This document shows, in pieces, positions 53,363-64,000 of a stretch of DNA of 64,000 nucleotides (the stretch's first letter is position 1; each line of letters starts with the position of its first letter). The translations under genes and the position numbers were made by a program. This stretch comes from Chrysomallon squamiferum (Eukaryota; Animalia; Mollusca). The notes beneath the pieces are model-generated. The model saw nothing but the letters and a program-made list of their open reading frames with translations, searched no databases and had not been told where the DNA came from. Location of the stretch: positions 23,560,001 through 23,624,000 of the forward strand of contig CM022665.1 in assembly GCA_012295275.1 (NCBI GenBank). The letters run 5' to 3'.

Positions 53363-54450
53363 CATGCAAAAATCAATTTCTGTTCATAAAACTGTTATTG
53401 TTTTGTTGATATTTATTTATTTAATTAAGTTAATTGTGGTGAGAAAACGAGCCTGTCAGTTCGTGTTATTTTTATTATTAGACAGAAATGAGAAAATCGT
53501 GATAAAACGGTAAAAAACGAAACTGAAAGTCCTAAAATAATCAACAAACATCTTCTTGAAAAACGAGTAATTATTTAATGTTCAATGCTACAAGCCACTC
53601 ATCTGTGTGTTTGTCTCTTAATGTAAGAATTAACGTGTACAAATTTCTAAAAAATCTCTGATATGACACGTGCAACACTCCATTTTGATATAATTTCAGA
53701 CTATCTTCCAAAAAACAGATTTTTGTGAATGAAAGAAATGCTTTGTTTCCTGTATTTCACGATACCATCAGTATTTCTAAACCTGTAGCTAATCAGTTTA
53801 GTTATATTCAGATCCAGCCTGACTATGTATTTTCTCGACTTTCTCGCTGACAGAACAGTACGTACCAAGGACTTTGGTAAACAAGTTGTGTCTGGAATAG
53901 GAAATAGCTACGCACTGTGCTAAAGCCAGCCTCTTTACTTACAGAGTCACCTACTGCTGCTGTTTAGAAAACACACACAATATTAATGGATTTAAGTAGA
54001 TAATAAAGAATAATACAGCTATTAATAATAATTAATATGTATATATATATGGAGTTTATTTTCAAAACAAATATATAAAAATTGTATATTATCCACTCAA
54101 TGATTTTGAATTCCAGCAAGAGCCTTTTAGTGAGGATTATTAAATCATTATTCTGCTGACATTTTTTTTTTTTAATTTTTTTTTTTTTTAAGTTATTAAT
54201 TTAAAACAGTTGTGAAAGAATTCTTAATCTGTGTTTGAATTGTATGAATTTATATGTGTATATTATGAAAAGAAATACGCTTTAAATATTAAGCTTTTAG
54301 AGATATGTGTAATACAAATTACTTAAATAAAGCAACATCAACATTTTACACATTTGTTTTGGGTGTTTATTTGTTTGCACAGGAACGACAGACAGTCTTA
54401 CATTTATAAAACAACGTCAGTTTGATATTTATGCAATACCTTATTACATA

Positions 54451-54497
<47 letters not shown>

Positions 54498-55386
54498 TTA
54501 ATAAAGTGATCGTTAAATGAAACAAAGAAATAATTATAAGAAATTAATAACTGAAAGAAAAAGGAAAGACGAAATAAAGAAATAATTATAAAAAGTTAAC
54601 AAAAGAATGTAATAATCATATTAGAGTAATTAAGGTTTTAATTTAGACCCTCGGAATGTGCACGATATGTAGATTAGTTAATCAGTTTATAATGATTATT
54701 TAGAGAATACGCAAAGCTATTGACAAAATCAACAACATGTAATCAGTGTGTATGGGAATCTTAAACACTGTGCAGATATGCAAAGAACTAAGGCGACTTT
54801 TTCATAACTAACACGGCTCCAGGATGTCTTCGGTTGAAATGGACTGAAAGGCGCAGAAACTGGATACCAATTACATTAATAAACCCAATGTTATATTCAT
54901 CGGGTTTGGTCGTTTTGGGTTAACAGAAAGAGAAATGAATAAAATAGGTTGTTTTTACATGTTAAACTATTTGAAGAAATAATTCTATTTACGTAAAAAG
55001 CTTTTTCATTATTTCATCTGTTTACCCATGCAGCAAATAAACAATTCAGTATCCGAGGCTAAGATGTCCCGTAGATGTTTATCGCGATATGTATACAACA
55101 GGTTAGGTTAAAAATGTCTATTTACTTCACTACGTCTGTTCTTGTAAACAGAAGAAGAGGCATTATCTTTTAAAGTATACAGAAACAGTCTGGTGTAGAT
55201 CAAGAAGTTTAAGTGGAACCGTAATGGAATGTAATTGATATCCTCTTGAGTTTTGTTTCATAGTTAGCTGATCATAACCTGAATTGCCTAATTCAGTGTA
55301 TGAAATGAATACACTCGTTAGAAAATGCATAGAAATTATTTCTTGATTAACTACAGGAGAGTTCAAAAATGTCTGTTACCTCATCC

Positions 55387-55437
<51 letters not shown>

Positions 55438-56195
55438 ATCACACAAACACACACACACACACACACACACATAACAGTTTCATATTTGTCATGGTTTTCG
55501 AAATGTTCAAATACTTAGACAAATATCAGCACATTATACCGTCATTTCGGATTTTTCAATTTCATTTCAGTGAATTGTTATAAAGTCGAAATTTAAAAAA
55601 AAAGACTTCAAAACAGAAAAGAATGCAGTAAACAAATTCGTGTCGGCTGACTTAAACTACGTGCATTGTTAAACGTGCTGCAGTTTATAACGGCCTTCAT
55701 TCAGCTAAAATAACAAGATTCCATTATCATATCTTCTCCTAAAATAATATAAAATAAAGGAATCAAAATTATATCATACACCGAAATATGTTCTATAATG
55801 GTCTTATTTTATTTCATATTTTGGCGACGAATATTTTTAAAGTGACAAGAAAAGCAGTTATTACTGTTACTCAGTTAGTGTTTTATTAAATTAAATAATG
55901 TCATTCGATCAACAGATTTTCGAATAAACATCTTGCAGTAACAGTCGGTTCGAGTTATTGATTTAATATGGACAGCGGCATACTCTGCAGAAGCTGTTTT
56001 GATATACAATAGATTAAATTGTACTAATATATTTCTACATTTGCTGGCTGCTCCATAGTTCATTAGCAGAGAATTTGTCCGAAGCATGATGTATTGAATG
56101 TACGAATAATAATACGGAATATTTCCCGTTACAGCAATGCTTCGCGAATTACAGATCAGTGACTGTTATAGACTCTTCCCTTATTTCTTATTTGT

Positions 56196-56226
<31 letters not shown>

Positions 56227-56642
56227 TTATTATTTTTTTATTAGAATTTTTTTTATTATTTTACTTCGTCATTTCAAAGACTTGTTCGGCACCTAATGTT
56301 AAAAACGTTTTGAAGGTTTGTTAATATTTGCTTTCAAACATTTCCACATTGTCTTATATTTCATCGATATCATTCCATTAACAGAACTACAGTTTATCTC
56401 CATACCGTCTTCACTGCCCGAGCTTTGAATCACGATATCAATCTTTTACTTAAACCACCATCTCTAAACAACAGAGAGACAGACACCATCTGCGTACCCC
56501 CTTTATTTTTGACTCGTGGTATTCTACAAAATGTTATCATTACAGGGATTTCGTAGTAATACTGTACAAAGAACAAACTGTGCTCAGAGAACCGAATATG
56601 ATCACAATTCCCTCATCGTCATAATTTGGTAACCACTGAAAT

Positions 56643-56678
<36 letters not shown>

Positions 56679-57530
56679 ACCTGATGACTCGCTGAACACG
56701 ACATAATTATACTTTCCTGCTTTTCTCAAAGATTCGTGCCACGTAACGAGGACGGAGACACAAATCGTGTGTAATGGAACGCTGATTGGTTCATTCACTT
56801 ATCTGCCTCGTTCAGTTTCTTTGACACATGGCTAACACATCAATGGGAGTCCACTTTATCTCCGAGATGCTATTTCTCTTTTAACCCTGCTGTAACTCTC
56901 ACTGTGTGAGGTCGCAGAGAGATACGTTTTCACTTGTTAAAAGATCTTCTGAACTTTTGCACGGGCAAAAGAAAGACGTCAGTTTTTAATAGGAATAGGT
57001 GTCAAGCAACGAATCAAAGGTGAGGCTGTTTTTCTTTTCCTTATTTTTGCAACAATTACTTTATTAATTGTGTATATGTATTTATATATCTGTGTATGTA
57101 TGCTGTATGTATCATTTTTTGTGCGGGGGGTTTCGTTAAACATTCATTCATTCATTCATTCATTGTATGTACATGTACGCAAGAATATATGTATGTATGG
57201 ATGGATGGATGGATGTATGTGCATGTGTGTATGGTATATCTGTAGATGCATATAAGTACGCATACATACAAACATATACATAAACACACGTGTGTAAATA
57301 AATGCATATACATATACACATGGATGTATGTGTGTTTTTATATACATATTAGATATCTGAATTTTACGGATATATACACTAACATACTCACATTCATATA
57401 TACATACACATACATACATATATACACATAAACAAACACACATACATTCGTAGGTACAATCATACATACATACATACATGCATCCATATACACATAAATA
57501 CATACATTCATACGCACATACGTGCTCGCG

Positions 57531-57531
<1 letters not shown>

Positions 57532-57597
<66 letters not shown>
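57532..57597. repeat. (CT)n microsatellite within a CA/TA-rich simple-repeat block (about 57070-57600)
   Basis: Read directly. Confidence 0.9.
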
Positions 57598-57599
<2 letters not shown>

Positions 57600-60115
57600 A
57601 TTTGTACACAGAAACATCGATACATAATTACTTTTTGTTTTCATAACAGTAAGAATTTGATGCTCAGATGTTTCCATAACACTAATCACTTCACTTATAA
57701 AGTTCTGTGTTCTCAAAGCACAGACGAGTCAACGTGGTGACAACTGCGTTCTCAGCTGCTTTCAAAGTACAACTCTTTTACGTGCGTGCTGTTAGTGAGC
57801 ACCAGACCGAACGAGTCTGTAAATGCAAGAGCATGAGCTTTCTGACTGCTCAAACCGTCTAGAATCATTTTAACTAAATAAAATGAGTAACTAACAAACA
57901 CACTAGAAATACGACACAGTAATGCAGACCAGTGTTTTAACATTTGTGGTTTCAAAGCTTAATATTACGTACTCGAAATATCAAATAAACAATGAAAAGT
58001 AAAGAATGAAATTGCATTTAAGAGATACGAATAATTAAACTCCTGAAAAGGGTTTTCTGGAAGCCTGATAAATGGTCTGGTACGAATAGCACACAAATCC
58101 ATAACCGTTTTAGACTGTACTGGATACAGGTAAAGCTGAAACATACAAAGATGAATAGGTATACGCAAATCCATACAGGTGCACGCCCATACACATATAC
58201 ACACATAAACGCAAGCACTCACGCGAGCACTAATGACTTATTTTGTTTCCAGTTTACATGTATAATGCATTTTCAGATGGTGTAGATTTTTACAAGATAA
58301 ACATTTTCTAACGTCAGTTATTTGTCAACTCCATGATTAGTTTATCAAATGCTATGGTGTGTTCAGTCCTGCCTCATATATATATATATATATGAAGCAA
58401 AGAAACAAACTAAATAAATAAATAAACAGCTCTTCGTATATATTTGTTCGTTCATTGTTTCGTTCATTCGTAATATGTCAATGTACCCAAAGGTCGCGTT
58501 AATTTCATTGCCCCGTGTGAAAAACAAACAAAAATATACTGGACTTCTTAACTTATCTGAAAGTTCATATTACAGCATAGTAAATAAGCAGATTTAATTT
58601 GAATTTAGGATATGCAAGTGTATGAATATTGATTAGTTTTAAGAAGTGAAGTCTAAATCATCATAATTCTCGACACGTTTGGATCAATAGGTACCAGATA
58701 GTTATCCTAGATCTGTATAATTACTGGTGCCTTAATGTTTTCTGAAAATTTACCGTTAGCTATTTCGACAGAGACAAGTAAAATTACCTAAAAATAAAAA
58801 AAAAAAAAAAAAATAACAAACAAACAATATAATAATAATTAATTATTAGTAATAATAACAACAACAACAATATCAAAGAAAAAGAAAAATAATTTAAAAT
58901 TTGCAAATAATTTAATTATTCATTGATTCAGTTATTCTTTCTTTTTTTTTTCTTCTTTTATTTTATTTATTTTTTATTTTATTTTATTTGCGAGTTTGTT
59001 TATCTAGTCATACATCTAATTTACCGCTGACATTAAAGAAGTTAATAATAAAGAAACTCGCCGCTTTGAAAACTGTCTGTCGTAAAGACAGGAAACAAAA
59101 ATACATGTACTCCTATATTCCAAGCAGTCACACGTTCATAACGTGATATTTGTTACTTCATTAAATCTTTCTAGAAAGCGAAATATTCTGTCTGAAAATA
59201 CTCTATTTAACATGTCATATATATATGTCTATATATATATATATATATATATATAAAGAAATAAAGAAAGAAAGAAAGAAAAAAAAGACGTAGTAGTACA
59301 AGATAATGAAATATTTCAGAGACAAGATGATTGATTTATGTAGCATGTAGATATTGACCTGGAATTAGGTCACTGCTTCTATTTCATCTGTGTAATAATA
59401 CCTATTGACAAACAGAAAATTATCTAATATCTATAACTGGAGCATATTTCTAGATTTCTGTTGACGCTTTCTGTGTATAAATCCATGGCTTACACAAAAT
59501 ACACCTAATTAAAATAATTGTCCTGACTGGAACTGATGCCACTTTTATGCCAAATGAACCCGATCCGAGGTTAATGTATAATCAACTAAGGCTGATTTGA
59601 TAAGAGTTAATCAGTGGGAACTGTAATAGATACTAGTTAGAACCAATTTTCTGTGGACACGAAGAAGGCAGCGAGATCTGCTAATAAATCCTGACTTTTA
59701 AAAACATATTATATATTTACGTACATAATACCTGACCATCTTGTTTCAGAATTAACAAAAATACAAGTCATCGTCGCTAAGATTGCACAGTACCAGGAAC
59801 GAAAAGGAGTACTGGAAGCTACTCGTTGTTTTTATTATTATTATATGTTAAAAGCAAGTTACACGGTAACGACTGAAAGATGGAATCCGATATTTCCGAT
59901 CCGCGAACTTCTGTTATTGATTAGCTAGGTGTAAATGTATATACAAACACAGAAATACACATGCTTTGAGACAGAAGTCAAAAAACTTTGCCGGAATTTT
60001 CTGAATTGGTTAAGTGACAACATATTATGAGAAATCATGCAAACCATCAAGCTAGATCTGTGTCTATTCATTTATTCATTCTTTCATTCATTCATTCATG
60101 CATTTATTTATGTAT

Positions 60116-60146
<31 letters not shown>

Positions 60147-60371
60147 TTAGATAGTTGGTTAATTAGATTATTCGTTCCTTCTTTCGTTTGATTAGTAGAT
60201 TACTACTACTACTACCACCACTGCTGATACTGCTGTTGATATTACTACTACTACTTCTCTACTACTAATATTACTACTACTACTACTACTACTATTATTA
60301 AATGACTGTGCTGGTGATGGTCATAATAACAAATGTAACGTTGAAAAATCATCATCATTGTCAACATATAA

Positions 60372-60408
<37 letters not shown>

Positions 60409-60911
60409 GATGTTATTGTTGTTAAATTACATACTCTTGAAAGTAAACAAGTTTACCACTACGCTCAGCTGTGTTTCTTCATAGTTAAAATCATTAACGA
60501 AGAACGACTTCCGTTACCGCTGGAAGCTTCACGGGATAATGAATTCGTAAACGAAGAACCAACAAATACGACTTTATTAGCGGATAACATTGTGTACAGT
60601 GGCTTAGATTTCACAAATATTGCACAGACGTCAGCTGCGATATAACTGCACTGTTACATTAATGCGACCAGTGTAATCAGACGCTTCATTTCGTATTACT
60701 TCTCCACCTGTAGGTTAGGGCGTCGTGTTCGAATACTGCATTAAAATATGTAGCAACAAAGCATTATACTAATTGGATCTCTTTTTTTCTGTTTTTCCTC
60801 ATCATTATCGTTTTCATCATGTATTAATTCTTTCTAACTAATGCAGTTTTTTTTTTTTTTTTTTTTTTGTGCAGTTTGTTTATTTACTAATTTAATCAAC
60901 TATGTGTCTAG

Positions 60912-60958
<47 letters not shown>

Positions 60959-63293
60959 TTTTTTGTTTTAATCTGTATCTCGCTTTCTTGGTTTGTTTTT
61001 AATTATATTTAGTAAATAATTATCAGAGTCATTAGATATTACTGCGGGCCAGTTCATAGACCTTGAATTGCCCTTAATACTAATTACAGTCTTGTTCTTT
61101 TAACTTTCTTTTTTTTTTTTTTTTTTTCATTATCAGATAGCTTTTTGCTTTTTATTATAAGTACATTTTTATTATTGTTTTCTCTACTTCATTCTGATTT
61201 TCGTTGGCATAGTAGACACACTATACGACGTAACAGACGTGTTAAGAAACATTAGCATAGCTAGTTTTATACATTTATCAGTTAATAGTTCTGTAAAAAT
61301 AGACTACCGCTTTGTGTTTGCCTACTAATATTAACGTGTGTGTGTGTGTGTTTGTGAGAGAGAGTGTGTGAGAGTGTCTGTATGTGCGTACTCCAGAAAA
61401 GAATCAGTCGCGGTACGTTACATTTATAATCACATCGTCCTCATGGAATCAGCTATTAGAATAATTATTGGTCAATAAATAAATTATTGCTGGAACGAGA
61501 TAAACAGAAATTGCATACAGGTTCCTTTCTTAATGATAACTGCTAGTACATTAGAGTCATTTAGATAGAACTCAATACGGGGATCGATTATGTAATCCTG
61601 TAATTGAAATAATAACTAAATGTGAAGTACATTAACTCATAATGAAAACCTGTAATAAGAGAAATCCCTCTTAATAAATATATCTTAATGTCTGTTTCTA
61701 TTAGCAGATACTACTATTCCTTCCATTTTGTTCCTTCACATTGTGGTTTGAGTTATCTTCGGTTTTTGTTGTTGTTTTTTCTTGATCTTCTTGAGCTACT
61801 ACTGCTACTACTATTACCTAGGCCTACCACTACTATCACTAACACTGCTACCTATATTACTACTAATATGACTATTACAATAATGTCAACTTTTACAAGA
61901 ACAACAGCTATGAATAATAATACTGTTACTACTATTACTACAGCTATTATTATTATTATTATTTATTATTATTATTATTACTGCTGCTGCTTAACAATAC
62001 TGCTTCTGCTTAACAATACTGCTTCTGCTAGTACTAATATTACTTCTACATCTCTTACTTCCTTTGTCTTTTTACCCAATAATCATTTGTATTCGGTCAA
62101 TGCCGGGTTCACGTAGCTCTGGAACATAACTGCCACATTTTCATTTGTTACTGCACTGTAGCATTGACTTATGCACGCACGTACCTGCTCGCTTTCACAC
62201 TTCTGTTAACACACAGACGCAGAGGACGCGCGATGAACTGGTGACGTTAGCGTTGTCTACAACACACAACCGCATCGATAACCGTAACAGAATCATCGGT
62301 TTTGATCGAAGTCTTTTAATGGGCACAAGTTCTTGTGTATTAATAACGAGAGAACGTGGCTGCCACGTCGTATTCGACAAGTTAACACAATTTATTCACC
62401 AATAACCCTTCGGTCGACACGTCAACGGGCGTTTAAGCTATAAAGGCTTATCTCTCATTTCCAGAACTCGTCTGCAAAATTAGTTTCAGCGATTTCTGCC
62501 GAATCCATAACATCAGAAATTTTGTTTTTTGATTGTATTCTATAATAGAAGTGCCTATTTTTGTACATTCTGTTGAAGTATGACAGAGAACTCGGGGCAG
62601 TAAACTAATACTTTCCTTGGGTCGTTGGGAAAACGGATTATGAAACAGGAATGGTAATTACAAAAGCGAAATGGGACAAAAGAGATTCCTGAGGTGCTGG
62701 ATTAAAGAAATACTGAATTTATTTTTGTATATGTAAGATATTTAGTGATAATTCTGATAAATATTAATTTTTATAATATATAGAAGTAGTTGTTACATAT
62801 ATGTATATATATTTAAAATTGTTATATTTAAAAGTTGTTATGGTGGATGAAATTATGAACATAATTCTACAGGTTTCTCTCTGTGTGTCTATTTATCAGT
62901 CTTTGAATATATATAACTAGATCTGAATTAATCAATGTACTTGTAAAAGTGAATGCAACAATATACATTTTAATTCTATGTACCTATCAGGTTTCTTAAA
63001 AACGCAGTCAATCGATGTTTGCGAAAAGCTTTATCAGACTGGGTTTCCAATTCTGCGATCTTTAACATTTTATTTATTATTTTATTTTATTTATTTTATT
63101 TTATTTATTTAATATATATATTTTTTTCAATTTAATATCAAAATAAAAAACTGGACCATAATATATTTGTATATTCGAATTCTTCTTTTTTCTTCTTCTT
63201 CTGCTTCTACTTACTATTACTACTACTACTGAAACTGCTGTTACTATTATTATTATTATTATTTGCGTATAAATATATACTTATTTGACAACT

Positions 63294-63310
63294 TTCTCTC
63301 TCTCTCTCTG

Positions 63311-63405
<95 letters not shown>
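63294..63405. repeat. (CT)n(TA)n compound microsatellite
   Basis: Read directly. Confidence 0.9.
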
Positions 63406-63406
<1 letters not shown>

Positions 63407-63825
63407 CATCGACTGTTATTTTATTTTTTTTAAAGAAAAAAAGAAAAACAGAAAAGAAATCAAATCAACAAAATAATAACAACGACGACATCAAGAATAA
63501 TAATAATAAAAAATATAAATGAACGAAACATGAACATTTCTAAACTAAACTGATAATGAAAGCAGTTTTTGAAGAATAAGTGGTTTTAGTGATAATGCTA
63601 CTGCTTCCTTCTGCAGCGATATTGGCCATAACAACAGTGACAAACGTTAATTAATACTGTGAACAAGCTGCAGGAATATGCATTTACTGAATACATGCTC
63701 ACGTACGGCGCTGAGATTGATGACCAGCAGAGTCATTCAGTGTGATTATTATTAGTTTAAAATGTATCTGCATCTACAGGGAGCTCGCTTGGTCGAAAAA
63801 TATATAAAGGAGAAAATTAGATCAC

Positions 63826-63827
<2 letters not shown>

Positions 63828-63915
<88 letters not shown>
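63828..63915. repeat. (GA)n microsatellite
   Basis: Read directly. Confidence 0.95.
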
Positions 63916-63918
<3 letters not shown>

Positions 63919-64000
63919 TATTTAGATGTTCAAATACGTTTGTTAGTTCACAGGATCTGAGCTACAAGTTCATACATGTATTTATCTGTATAATTATGGA

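Overview
This is AT-rich, microsatellite-laden animal genomic DNA, probably molluscan (inferred from MetaSINE/MESC-like repeat fragments). It contains two head-to-head xanthine dehydrogenase-like (XDH/AOX molybdo-flavoenzyme) paralogs. XDH-A is complete on +: 35 coding exons, 10138-37293, hand-spliced to an uninterrupted 1330-aa ORF. XDH-B is on -, starts at 7766, and its exons 1-8 run off the left edge. Both genes have two consecutive minor-spliceosome (U12) introns flanking exon 3. The most striking observation is that the equivalent U12 intron 2 is AT-AC in XDH-B but GT-AG in XDH-A. The acceptor difference lies inside a patch that is otherwise almost identical between the paralogs, which show a mosaic of divergent and homogenised (gene-conversion-like) blocks. 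XDH-A keeps the catalytic Glu/Arg residues but has a remodelled substrate loop. Downstream is a single-coding-exon CARD plus coiled-coil gene (46545-47672). The rest is transposon relics (Gypsy gag, MULE, Tigger/pogo, SINE), a splice-donor-containing minisatellite, a dead exon duplicate, simple repeats and a few candidate promoters. All calls come from manual reading; no searches were run.
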